Under the pieces are notes generated by a model, which made no database searches, was not told the DNA's origin, and worked only from the letters and a program-made list of their open reading frames with translations. Made by a program: the position numbers and the translations under genes. A stretch of DNA of 39,124 bases. Origin: Spirogloea muscicola (Eukaryota). Below, in pieces: positions 27,315 to 39,124 of the stretch. Numbering within the stretch: position 1 is the stretch's first letter; every line of letters starts with the position of its first letter. The stretch covers positions 1,160,974 to 1,200,097 of the forward strand of contig WELB01000014.1 in the NCBI GenBank assembly GCA_009602725.1, read 5' to 3'.

Positions 27315-30300
27315 ATGTTGCGCAGCAAGGTCGCTGTCCCACTGCTGAAGGGTGCAAGGGCCGTCTTTGCTGCTGGCGCCACACACAGCTCGCGATCGCC
27401 CGTGGAGACTGTGCTGCAGCAATCGCAGCAGCAGAGCGACGAGCAGCACCGCTCGAGGCCAGCGTTTGCTGGATTGCCCCAGAGCCAGCCCCAGCCCCAG
27501 CCACAGCCGCTCCTCGCTCCCTACTTGCCGCCCATCTCACCGCCGCTTCCGGTCTTTGCAGCAGAGCAAACCCTGAGGCACGGCAAGGCAAGCGTGAGCC
27601 CTGAAGGGACTCCCAATGCTCTGATTAGTCCGGCCCTGGTGGGGCCTCCGCCGGGCTTCTCGTCCCTAAGGGGAGAGAATGCATCTGCGACTCCCTTTCC
27701 TGATCCAAGGACCAAGGTGGTATACACCATACCCGCTGCCAAGCAAAGTGGTCTGGCATCCCCAACAAGTGGAAGCCCTCAGACGCAGCTCCCCACCCCA
27801 ATTGAAAGCTCCAACACAAACAGAGCGCCTCCCTACATTGCTGGTCAGGAAAGTTGCACAGAGAACAATAGAGGGAAGCTCGTTGCACCCTCCCATGGAG
27901 CTGAGTTGGAGGTGACAGATACAGGGCTGTCATGCGGGGAAGCGGAGGCTGGCGTTGTGCGTCAAGGAGGGCCCACCTCTGACTCAGGGAGCAGTCCAAG
28001 TGCTGCTGCTAGTCACGGGGTTGACAGAGCTCCGCTTGTGAGAGGTGCTGTGGAGGACAGCCAATATTCTTTGCCGCAGGCCCATGGCACAACCAGGGGA
28101 AGTAGCACACCGTCGACAACGACCGGGGCAATCGCAGGCTCCCGAAAATTCCACAGTGGCACACATTCCCCAGGGTCTACACCGCACAGCCATGCCAGGC
28201 AATCTGCGGTGGAGACTTCCATTCTGTATAACCAGCCCCAGAGACACCATCAATGGCTGCCGATATCAGGTCACTCGCAGGTAGCAGTCACACCAGCATA
28301 CAGACAGCCAGGTTCTTCAGTACAGCTAGCAGCAACACGTGCTGAGGAAGGACCCAGACTGGGCGCGTTCCTGCCAAGCAGCGCTGGCCAGGCAGATCTG
28401 CATGTGCAGTTACCTGTCTTTGGCCCGGCCTTACCACGTCCTCATGAGGCCGCTGGCAGCGAAAGGAGAGATGCAGTCAGGCCAAGCCATGGGGATCTGA
28501 AGGCTGGTAAGGGGCATGTGCACCAGTTCCACAACACCAGCCGGAAGCCCAAGTTGGGGCCTCACCATGAGGTGGTTGGAGACGTCATTGCTGCCCTGCG
28601 GAAGGTGCGTCATGCCGCACTTCCAATCCTGCATCCAAAGTACTTGCGATTCTGTTTCCCTTGAAGTTTTTATGAGCCCCTGTTCCACGTTCTAAGATTT
28701 GGCGCCTTTCTTGCATAGTGGTTTGATGGTGCGAAGCTGCACAGGCTCAGGTGTTGAGCAGCAGCATGCAACTCTTTTCGCAGATGCATTCAGATGCCCA
28801 TGGAAGCTTGGACCTTGCTTTGAAGCCCTGGAAGGGAGCTCTCAATCCATATCACATGTGTGACGTGCTAAAGCAGCAGCGTGATCCAAGACTAGCAATG
28901 GACTTGTTCCAGTGGTACAAGAGTCAGGCGCGCTCGAAGAACGACGTCTTTGTGAGTACTTTCTATAAGAAGCAGTTATGCAGCTTTTACTTTCTCTGGA
29001 TGGCGGGGGCAACTTTTGATTGCGAGGTAGCTTCTCCATGTTTTAGTTGTGGCTCTGAGGCGTACATGCTGATTCAGGTCAGGTTGTATTGCAGCTCTAC
29101 ACGACCCTGATTGTACTCATGGGTAGGACGAAGAACATTGCGGCAGTTGAACAGCTGTTCAAGGAGATGCAGGATGAAGGCTGCGAGCCGTCTCTTGTGA
29201 CTTACAATAGTGTCATGCATGCATATGGCAAGGCCAACCTGCTGGATGAAGCAAAGGCAGTATTTGACCACATGAGCACTTTGGGCAAGAAGTTGGACAC
29301 AGTAACCTATGGGTATGCTCAATCATGGATCTTGACCTCAATGCGTGTGTCGCGACAAATATAGGAGAGGTGTATAGAAGCACAGCACTTCATATGTAAG
29401 CCCACTCAGATGGTATGTGTGATTCATCGATTATCAGTTATTGATGTAGAAGAAGCTGATATCTTCTTCAATTATGGTGCTGCAGCACGTTGATTGACCT
29501 TTACAGTAAGGCAGGCCGCCACAAGGATGCCATAGACATCTTCAATAAAATGAAGAGCTCAGGCTTGAAAGGCGATGTCGTGTCATATAGCATGCTGATA
29601 TCTTCATTCGGACGAATAGGCGATCTCGTATCTGCTGCAAAGCTTTTCCAAGAAATGACAACAAAAGGCATCCCGCCGAATCACATCACATGTAAGTGGC
29701 CTGCTCACTGGCTACTGGCATTTGAAATTGTTGTCAGCTAAGAAGTCAAAACTGTGGCGGCTTTAAAGCCAGACAAGCTTTTACACGAGCTTGATTGAGC
29801 ATTTCTGGAGCAACTACTGTGCTGGTTTTGCTGGTATACTTGTCTGAAGTGGCATCACAGTCGTGCATTATCTGCTCATTTGCTAAGTGCAATTGCTTGA
29901 TGCTACATGAACAGACAATACAATGATAGACCTGTATGGAAAGGGAGGGAGGTACTCTACAGCTATCAAGCTTTTCCAGGAGATGAAAGACTCTGGCCTC
30001 AAGTGCGACAGGGCAACTTACAGGTGCATCCTCTTACTTTTTCTGCAAATTAGAGCAGCAGAGAAAATATGCTTTTACCTTCTGTTTTTGACAAGACTTT
30101 GTGCAGTCTATTTCTTCTTCTTGTTGAATCATGAGGTGACTTGGAGGGTCAACTGTCAGTTTTAGGTGCACAGTAGTCACATGCAGGATTTGCCGTGTCC
30201 CTGCAGTGCAATGATCAATCTGTGTGGGAAGGCTGGTTACTACGCTGAGGCCGAAGCCTTCTTCACTGAGATGGAGGATGCCGGTATTCAAGCTGATGCA

Positions 30301-31677
30301 ATAGCATACTCCATCCTAGTTGACATGTGGGGCAAAGCTGGACAGCCGAGAAGAGCTGGCAAGTGGTTCAGGACTATGATACAGGCCGGCTTGACTCCTA
30401 GCCCTCCTGCCTGTAAGCTATGTCTGCCAATTACAGTGAGCAGATTATTAGCGTGCTCTCCCTTTATGACTTCCATGTGCAAACCTCTGTGAAGATTAGC
30501 AGCAGCAGTAGCAGCACGACTGTCATTGCCTGTACGCACTGCTTGCTTTTACCAGTTGTTGTATGTTCCAGGCAGCCCTTTGCTATAGGTCTGACTAGTT
30601 CTTCTGCCGTTTCAGTTAATGCACTGATGCATGCATATTTGAAGATGGAAATGTATTCCGAGACCAAGCACATCTTCGAGACAATGCTGCGTGGGAGCGT
30701 AATTCCCAATCTGAAGACATACACCCTGCTGCTGTCTTCATGCACCGACTGCTCTGAGCAAAATGGAGTTGACATATGCTTGGAGCTTATGGCCTGCACA
30801 GGACACCCTGTACACAGCCTCGTCAAGCTTCTCCTGCAGGTCAATAAAGACTACTCAATACTCGGATTGTGTTAATATGTAACTGTTGGTTTGTTGGCAA
30901 GTTGTGTTTCTTCCTTCCGAATAACACAGTTTGCCCTTGTGCCAAAGCAGGATACTGCAGACCCATCAGAAGAGGATGCAATGATGAAGCAGGTTGGGCA
31001 GTTCATGGAACAAATCAAGCAGCACGAGGAACACGAGTCACGCCGCGCGTTCACCGACTGTCTCATAAGTTTCTTGTATCAGTACGGCAGGAGAGAGAGG
31101 GCTGCACGTGTGTGGAGAGAGGCCAACTACCTCCACATGTTTCCGTCAGCATTTCGGGGGTCTGACAACAATCTGTGGAGCCTAGATTTACATTACATGT
31201 CTCCAGGCACAGCTATGACAGCAGTCAAGGCGGAGCTTAGCACGTTGCGCGAAAGGGCCATGAGCGGAGGTCTTCTGCCACAGAGACTGGAAATCATCAC
31301 AGGTTGGGGGAGGCGGAGTCGTATCATTGGGACATCCTTCATTAAGAAGGTAATTTTGGATATCTTTGTGAGTGAAGAGTATTGCGAAGTGCAGCAGCAT
31401 GGCCTCAATGCCACCATATATTGCTTGCTCCACAGGGGGCACTAGAGTTCCTCCACTTGCCTATGCTTTACTTGTTGCTGCATGCTACCTACAGTTGACA
31501 ATGTCATTCTTGGCTCCTCAGGCTGTTGAAGACCTCCTGGATGGGGTCGGATCTCCATTCAGGATGGATGTCAACAATGTAGGCTGTCTGTATGCGCCTG
31601 CCCCCGAGGTGATAGAGTGGCTCATGCAGCCTGAAATTGACAGAATACTTGCGGCACGCAACTTTGACCCACCTTAG
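27315..31677 (+). CDS. PPR-SMR protein (At1g18900/At1g74750-like clade)
   Basis: Exons 27315-28604, 28784-28951, 29095-29312, 29486-29691, 29915-30023, 30207-30412, 30616-30839, 30951-31349, 31522-31677. P-type PPR repeats (YTTLIVLMGR, TYNSVMHAYGKA, TMIDLYGKGG, AYSILVDMWGKAG) and a C-terminal SMR domain (LDLHYMSPGTA...IITGWGRRSRIIGTS...GSPF...NVGC). Confidence 0.92.
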
Positions 31678-32751
31678 CAGTTGTCAGGCAATTATATCAA
31701 CGGCATCAGTGGTCTGCCCCTTAGGCCACCCACTACTATCAACCCTCGATTTAGAAACCTCTCTGTGTCCCATGTGCCCAACATTGAGTAAGCGTGTTGT
31801 AAAAGTGTGTGCCCTCAGTCACATGTGGAACTTATTGGCTGTAGCCTGCTGCACCTGCAGAGGAAGTTCACAAGCATGCCCATCAATTCCTGAGTATGCA
31901 GCATGTATGTGTGACATGGCTTGCTGGCTCGTGTGCTGGGGTGGAATGCCACTCGCAGTGGCCTTATTGATTGACTAAGAAGGGAACAGTCAAGCATCTC
32001 GAATTTCAGGCAGTGCCTGAAATTCAACCCTAAATCCATTGCCTGATATCCTCTAGCTTGACTGCATGCTGTAAGAAGTACAAGCCTTGGGCTCGTGATG
32101 CTTTCAGCTTCTCCTCTACATGGCTTTCGTGATCATGAATCATGCAAGTCTGCGTTGCTGCGTCACCACGTCAGAGCAACTTGTAATGTGACAAGCTAGG
32201 TCTTCACTGCATCAAGGTACTGACGAACCTATTGGGGGCTAGCTTTGTGGTTAGCACTCACATTGGCCAGCTTTGCCACATTCCCAGACAGCATTCAAAC
32301 CCCTCTGAATTTCAGATTTTACGATGTTGGAATGATGTTGACCCGGATTTAAGGCAAGTTGATAATACAAAGGACTTGCGAGTGTGAGTTGCGAGGGGCC
32401 AGCCAGTAGCAACGACTAGTCTAAGCAAAAAAAAGCAACGGTGTAAGGCCGAGAAAGAACCAGCGGAGCAAACAGGAGGAGGCCTACACTACGTGAGTGC
32501 TTAGCAAAACCAATGCTCATCAGCCCCTCAGATAGACAAGGCCAGCTAGCTCATAGGCAACCAGCATTGTCCATACATCACACTCATATGAGTAGCCAGG
32601 ATCTGCCAGCCCCTGAGCCGCATGCGGAGCACCTGGGCAAGCGACCCCAAAAATCCTCAAACAATAAGTGCAAGTGGCTGGTAGAGCCCCCTCCAGGAAA
32701 CGGCGGGGAAAACGGCGGGCGAGGACAAACGGGAGGGCGCCAAGGGGGGCA

Positions 32752-32848
32752 GCCACGCGGCCGCGTCGCTGGCCCACGTGGCCAGCCAGCAGGGCGCCGC
32801 GGGGCCTTCCACGTGGCGACAGCAAAGGAAGTGGTCCAGCCACGTGGC
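32752..32848. promoter_or_regulatory. Cluster of 3 CCACGTGGC ABRE/G-boxes plus one GCCACGCGG (CE3-like) element
   Basis: CCACGTGG at 32774, 32809 and 32840 (spacing 35 and 31 bp), and GCCACGCGG at 32752. The cluster lies ~600 bp upstream of the ATG at 33441. Confidence 0.7.
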
Positions 32849-33182
32849 GCAGCCCTGCGCCGCGACGCCAGCGGCTTGCAGGCCGCCCCGGCGCCCCCTC
32901 TTTTCATTTCTTATTCAGCAGCCGCATTCTTCATCATCAAAGGACCCCCCCCTCCCTCCCCGCTTCCCCATCAACGCACGACCACGGGGCTCTCCCTTGT
33001 CCCCCTCCCCCCCCCTCCTCCACTCCGCCCCTCCTGTGGCCCACCACCGCCTCCCCCTCTCTCTCCTCCTCCCCCAGCTCTCCAGCACCCGCCCACCTGC
33101 GAGCGAGCGAGCTCTGGGTCGCCCACCTCGCCCATCTCTCGCCTGCACAATTCCTTGACTGTCGACAGCCTGCCCGCCTTCC

Positions 33183-33230
33183 GCCCTTTCAGGCCTTGTA
33201 CATTTTGTGGGCTGGCATTCCACAGACACT
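33183..33230 (+). repeat. Diverged copy of the stem-loop repeat
   Basis: ccctttcaggccttgtacattttgtgggctggcattccacagacac aligns with ccctcagaccttgtccattcttttgggctggcctttcccagccac (3454-3498). Confidence 0.75.
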
Positions 33231-33440
33231 GCTTTACATCAAGGAGCTTTCCAGTTTCCTCCGCTACCTCCTCCGTCCTCCGCTACCACCGCTTGCCGCC
33301 TTTGCCGCCGCCGCCGCCGCCCTCAAGCTCCGCTCCGCTGCTCCCTGTCCTCGCCGAGCTCGCCGTCCCCTAGTGGTCGCTCGCGGCGACCGCCCAACCA
33401 ATCCCCGATCTCCTTTTCTGCCGGAGCGGCCGCCTTCGCT

Positions 33441-33888
33441 ATGTCGTCGATTGCCGAGTCCGTGAAGAACAACCCGCGGGAGGCCTGCCTGCAGGCGCAG
33501 GAGAACGTCAAGTGAGCGCCAGGGCATGCACTGAAGTCGCCAGGCCTAACTCATGCGAGCTCACGCAGCCCCCATCAAAGCAGGACTGCTTTGCTAAGGA
33601 CGCTCATGGGAGCTGCACAGCTTGTACGCGGCAGTGCACCTTGATCTGCCAAACGTTCTTCTTCCACCTTGCTGATCTTGTCAGTGTCACCGTGCATATG
33701 TATGTCATGTATTTCATGGCAGGCAAGACCTTGATGCTGAAGCCGGCGGCCGCGGCCTTGCTGAGGCTATCGGCGGGACGTTCCAGGAGGAGTACGACAG
33801 CTCGGCGGAGAAGGACAAGGACTTCACGCCCGACCAGGCCAATGTGTCCGAGCAGGAGGGTGACACGGAAATTCCTGTGTCTGAGTAG
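33441..33888 (+). CDS. Small acidic hydrophilic protein (78 aa), 2 exons, LEA-like composition
   Basis: Exons 33441-33511 and 33723-33888 (AA|gtgagc...ggcag|G, phase 2). Protein: MSSIAESVKNNPREACLQAQENVKQDLDAEAGGRGLAEAIGGTFQEEYDSSAEKDKDFTPDQANVSEQEGDTEIPVSE*. GC3-rich codons; 19 D/E versus 6 K/R; no Trp. Confidence 0.75.
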
Positions 33889-34429
33889 GCCGCCTGCGGC
33901 GGCAACCTAGCTCCGAGCTCCTAGCTGCCAGTTGCCAAGTACAGTGTGGCCATAAGCTGGCAAGCTTGCCAAGCCTCCTGTGCAGCTGGGGCTCGGCTTG
34001 TACTTCGACTAGTAACACTGGAGACGTACGATGCAGCCTTTACCTGGGCTTTTCTTGTAATTCGCTATTCATGCTTGCATCTGCCCTTGCTCTTCCAATA
34101 TGAGCTGCCATGTATTTGTATTGCAAAGAAGCTGCTCTCTTCAAATATGTTCCCCTTTGTCGATCAAGACTGCAGCACCTCCAACAATGTCCTACTGGTC
34201 TGCTGCGCTTCCGTCTTGTCGGAGCCTATGATGTATGGCTCTTATAAGCTTCTTGGCAATTGGCAATAGTTGTCTACAGATACTGTTACTGGTTCAGTGA
34301 TACTCATCTTAAGTATGGTGCTACTTCAGTAAACAGTGGGACATTGGCAAGTCAAAGGCAAGGCGAGTGGAAGATACTTTTCGCTTTCGCCCTTTGGAGA
34401 ACTCCTAAGGCGAACAGGGATGCACAGCT

Positions 34430-34537
34430 TGACTAGCGTTGTTGTCATGTGTATCATATGTAAGCAGAGAAGCTCATGTATTATGACTAGCGTTGTTCTC
34501 ATGTGCATCATATTTAAGCAGAGAAGCTCATGTATTA
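34430..34537. repeat. 54-bp direct tandem duplication (2 copies, 3 mismatches)
   Basis: tgactagcgttgttgtcatgtgtatcatatgtaagcagagaagctcatgtatta / tgactagcgttgttctcatgtgcatcatatttaagcagagaagctcatgtatta. Confidence 0.95.
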
Positions 34538-36116
34538 AGCTTCTGAGCAAATGTCAATCTATGTTAACAAACACTCATTGTATTAAGGTTGTCAGTACTA
34601 CACTCAGCAGTGGGAAAAAGGCATGTTTATATGATGATGACCGTCCCTCTTGTGAGGAGGGATACTTAGCTCGACAATATCGCAAGACATTGCGCCACTT
34701 GGACTCAATTACAGAGACGACGAGTAGTGAGATACTGATTGTCGTGTAGAGCTGCATAGATTGCTATTTACAACTCTTCCTGAGTAATCCTGTGATCACT
34801 TGCTGCAATTAAATTGGAAAATTGTGAGAGACTACATGCAGAAGGGTGGACCCTTCAAACGCTAAGATAGAAGTAAGTCCGGCTGAATGTCACTACTCTA
34901 GACAGTTGTGCAGCTATCAAAGCAGAACTGTTGCAAGCAACTCGGTGCACAGAATAGATGAGCAGAGCACTGTAAGTCGAGCACAGGATGTGCATCTGTC
35001 AATGGGCTTGCTTATAAACTGACCACTCAGGCCCTCCATCTCTCAGTACACTTTCCACCTCATGCACGACAGAGAGTAGACAAGGCAGGCAACATTATGG
35101 TGTAGCAGGTGGAGCATATGATGGTCCGGGCAAAAGAGGATGCTGGCTCGCCTCAAGTGAGCAGGATTGCCTTCAACTCTCACACGGACTTCAGTAGGAA
35201 TCACCAACAGGCAGCTCTGTATGCTACGTTTGAGACTCTTAACTTTTATACGACACCCTTATTTGATGGGTATGTCGCTCTTGACGTCCTTGACTCTTAG
35301 GACTTGGTGATATCTGCCCTTCGCCACGGCCAGCTATGGAGTCTGCTGGCCTGCAAAGATAGCAAAGAATGCAGACAACTCGCATGCTGATCATTTCAGA
35401 CATCAGCCTCGGCCAACTAATCCATCATAAGCAGTAGGTCTTACTCATCGATTTTACCCTTGCACGGCACGCTGCTGCCTAGCAGCAAGCGTGGATAGGA
35501 GGTTAAGTCGCTTCCGTGTTACTAATATGATTTATACATGTGGTTGTTGGTGTCTGGGTAGATGCCCTTGACCTCTGCTATACACCCTTTCGGAGATTTA
35601 GCATATGCACTATATCAATCTTTAGCTATGCGTTTGGTCCTCTATCAGACTCTGGCTGTTGTCTGACTCCTAGCTGGCATAGTCGGTGGCCCCAGCCATT
35701 TCCTCCAGTCCGTTAGCCTCCTCGCATAGTGCTCCAATAGTTTTTGGTTGGTCACACAGCCCATCCGACTTTGCTATTTGTCCGGATAGCTGGTCGTTGC
35801 TTCTTAGGCTATGGAGATCACATGTCAAGTGCTCCAGTCGCTTTTCCTCACTGTCTGGATTTGCAGCTCGCTCTAGGAGCTGACTCGCTTGCCATAAGGT
35901 GCACAATTAACAAGAAGATATTTCAAGCCAATAACGTGGCTTTTGCATATTGAATTATTGCCCTGAGCTTGATGTCACAGAGGCAAGCACTTCAATGTTT
36001 CAGGCTGAAGGTTGTGGGCATGATGAGGTAAGTGAGCAGACAATACATGTCACTATTTGTACAAAGTTTGTACAAGTTTGTAACAATGAAAGAGAGGAAT
36101 GTACAGAGTTGCCACA

Positions 36117-39100
36117 TCACAGGGTTCGCTTCTTGCGCCGCTCCTTGAGCTGCTGCGTGCGGCCGACCTGCTGCAGGCGGCGCGAGTTGTTGAGGCACTC
36201 ACGGAAGCCAAAGTGCGGGCGGCGCTCGTACCACGTGCCCATCGGCTCGCTCGTGTCCCACCACTCGCCGCTGCTGCTCTGGCCGTACTTGTGCACCCAC
36301 CCAGACCCGTTATGGTCCTCGCCCCACGTGCGGTTCCAGCGCTCGCCGCTCACGCCCTCCCACCACGTCTCGCCCTTCTTCACGCCGTGTGCACTCTTAT
36401 TGAAGTCCTCGTCCCACTTGTCGCCCCACTTGGTCCACCCTCCACCGGGCTCCTTGCGCTCCGCCCACTTGTCCGTGTACTTCTTCGCCGCGCCCTTGCC
36501 ATCGAACTCCTCGCCCCACCTGCCAGCACCACAACCGTTGCACCTGAGTTTGCAATGGGCACACGACTAGATGCACACGCTGTATATATCATTTGCAGGA
36601 TCCTCAAACAGCTAGTACAACTTGTCTGAGCAGATAGTACAGCCACAGTGAAGGAGGTCGCACTTCTCGTGCCACACGTGGCCGTGCCCTGCCTCGAGCG
36701 GCGTGTCGATGTCGATCTTGCTCCACTTGTCCGCCCACTTGGACGCCCTCCCAAGCGCATCATAGTGCTCGTACCATTTCTCATGCCATTCTCCGCCAGT
36801 GCCATTCCTGGCCCACTTGTCCGCGCTCTTTTCTAAGTGCGGCAGCCCATTCTGGGCATCCTGCAACATGCAACTCATGGAGCAAGCTAACGGCCAGAGC
36901 TGACATGATCATGAAAGTCCACCTCAGCATCTGCTGTACCAGCTTGACAAGGCAGCACCAATTTTTGTGTAGGCTTCTATAGGACTCTTATGCCGGAGCT
37001 TGGCGAGCACCTGCCACATGGCCTCCCGCCACGTCTCTCGCCACACGCCACCGGATGCATCGCGGCCCGACTTCTCGGCTCCAAGCTCCTTGTAGTCAAA
37101 CGCGTCGCTTGTCTCCCACCACTTCTCCTCCCACTCGACACCTCCGTCCGCACTCACACCACGGACCACTGTCCAGTGGCAAATCTCTCCATTCTCGCGC
37201 TCGTCCACGCCCACTTCCTTCCACCAACGCGAACCGTCAGGATGCACGCCCTCGGTCTTTGCACTCTGCTCAGCGGCGGCCATCATAATTGACGCCTCTG
37301 CCAGCTCTGGCACGCGCAGCGCCTGATCTCTCGTTTTGCTCTGCTCCTCGTCAACCTCAGCCTTCTCCTCCACCTCCAGCAGGGACTGCATGGGTGGCAG
37401 GGAGGGCATTGCCCTGCTTTGGAGCAGAAATGCCAGGTCCTTTGTCTTCTCGCCCGCCACTTCAGTCTGATGCACAAGCACAATCACTTTCACTTAGACA
37501 ACAAGCCGGTATTGCACCTTCACAGTCAGAGGTCACTTCACCTGCAACCTTCTGCTAAGACCAGGTACACATGCTTGCAAAGTCAATTTTGCGTCCTCAA
37601 AGCATCCGGAAGTTGCTTGCAGGAAGGGTCCAACTTTCACAGGGCTGGGGTGCTTGCTTGCTTAAGCGACACTAACAGGAGAATATATAAGTGTTGACTC
37701 TATCGACAGGAGGTAACATGCACACCTCAAATGGGAGAGGGAGTGGAGTTGCATCACGCTCCTTCAGCAGCAGCGTCGGCTGCGGCAGCGTGGCCGCCTG
37801 CTTCTGCAGCTCTGGCTTGGTCGAGGCCGCTTCGGAAGCAGCAGGCGGCGACCAAGTCCAGAAGTCGGGCCCTGGCGTGGCGTCGCCACCAAGCGTGGGG
37901 CTCCCAGAGGGTGAGCTGGAGATGCCACGCTGGGGTCGCACAGGAGCTGAGAACGACACCGTTGCACCACTGCCGGGAGTACCTGAGTAACAGATGGAGT
38001 TACAGCTGCTGTATAAGAGGGCCAGCCTATAGGAGCCAATTGGGTTTGCATGTGCAGCCGAGCTTGTCACCAGTAGAGGAGAGAGTGAGCGGTGAGTACC
38101 ATCAGATACATCCTCGCCCTCACTCAGATACGCTCTGCGGATGCTGAGGCGGCTCCCTGACAGCCACTCAGGGGGCCGCTCGCTGGTCGGCCTTCCCAAG
38201 CTCGCCTGACGGCGGGCCCGGTCGCTGGCGGCGTCCGCCAGCACCGACTCGGCGGCCGCCAGCGCGGCTGCGGCACGGTCCAGGATCTGCTGCCGCTCCA
38301 CCTTTGCACGCTCCTCGGCAGGGACCTTGCACGGCAGGCCAACACAAAACCCCGTCAGTGTTGATCTTTGTCACGTCACTGTGAGAAGCCTTCTCTAGAT
38401 GACCAGGGACTTGGTTGTGATGCAATGCGGAGGCGACTGGGAGGAAGCTGTCCTGCAGTGGCGCGAATACAGCACTTTTCTTGATGCCGCTTTCCTTCTT
38501 TTTTTTTGCTATGTAATAGGATCTTGTTATGCTGGGTCTCGTTATGCTATGCCATTCCTTGTAAAAAGAGTCTGCGATGAAGTTGGTGAGCATATCATGA
38601 ACTTGGTTGGGGTGGACAGTGGTTGTGGAACTCCGTGGACAACGCTTCTCTTATGCCTTGGCTTGTAGCAACTCCTGCTACTCTTTCTCTACTTCCACCT
38701 AGACATAACCCTTGGACCTTTATTTTTGTTGCCTCTACCGCTTTACTAAGTAAATTAGGCACTTTCCTTCAAGGGCAGGCCTGCGATCAGCTCCGTCGCC
38801 TCACTGTGGCACTGTGTCGGAAGGATGAGCCATGCCGAGGACCGATATCTCTGCCACAATGGAGTGCTCTCCCGCTCACCTGCAGTATGCTGGCAAACTG
38901 CTGCTCGCGGCGAAGCATGGCCCCCTGGTCGTCGGCGGCGGCGGCTGCGTCCCGGCGGCGGGCCTGCTCGTTGGGCCGCCGCTGCTCCTCCGCCTCCCGC
39001 TCGCGCCGCTTTTCCTCCTCGCGCTCCCGCGCGCGCCGCCACATCTCCAGGTACGACGAGCCACTGCCGCTGCCGCTCGCCGCCGGCGCCGCCGGCGGGG

Positions 39101-39124
39101 CTGCGGCCACGCTCCTGCCGCGGC
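36117..39124 (-). CDS. LESV: LIKE EARLY STARVATION starch-binding protein, 5'-partial
   Basis: Exons >39124-38880, 38325-38100, 37982-37726, 37466-37011, 36860-36664, 36519-36117. N-terminal SYLEMWRRA...FASILQVPAEERAKVERQQILDRAAAA, GPDFWTWSPP and LPPMQS are LESV-specific. These are followed by the Trp-rich ESV1/LESV domain (WEEKWWE, KSADKW, KWGDKWDE, RTWGEDHNGSGWVHKYG). Confidence 0.94.

Noticed and set aside
32513..33465. Long Pro-rich ORFs (265-286 aa)
   Set aside because: They arise from C-rich promoter/5'-UTR sequence and overlap the G-box cluster and a repeat copy.
34386..34436. Hairpin followed by CTAG read as a Helitron 3' end
   Set aside because: CTAG is not followed by T, the spacing is atypical and no 5' end or Rep/helicase sequence is seen.
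35050..35950. Patchy ORF-like segments downstream of LESV
   Set aside because: Interrupted by stops, and no family is recognisable.

Overview
Intron-rich eukaryotic nuclear DNA. The gene set (plastid Trx f, ClpC and LESV, a PPR-SMR protein, and betaine lipid synthase BTA1) points to a non-seed green-lineage organism, probably a streptophyte alga (inference). I reconstructed nine spliced genes by hand using GT-AG junctions with matching phases: Trx f (+, 5'-partial), an unannotated 77-aa single-TM protein (-), BTA1 (+, 17 exons), ClpC (-, 19 exons), a ZC3H11A/C3H17-like CCCH protein (-), UAP56 (-, 11 exons), a PPR-SMR protein (+), an unannotated 78-aa acidic protein downstream of an ABRE/G-box cluster (+), and LESV (-, 5'-partial). 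The most unusual non-genic signal is a ~45-bp GGCTGG-loop-CCAGCC stem-loop repeat present in 8 copies at 4 loci. One copy follows a decayed peptide that resembles the C-terminus of an RLE (CRE-like) non-LTR retrotransposon. Two introns also carry decayed tandem duplicates of their own 3' splice site. Assembly gaps lie at 4031 (1 N) and 21484-21680.
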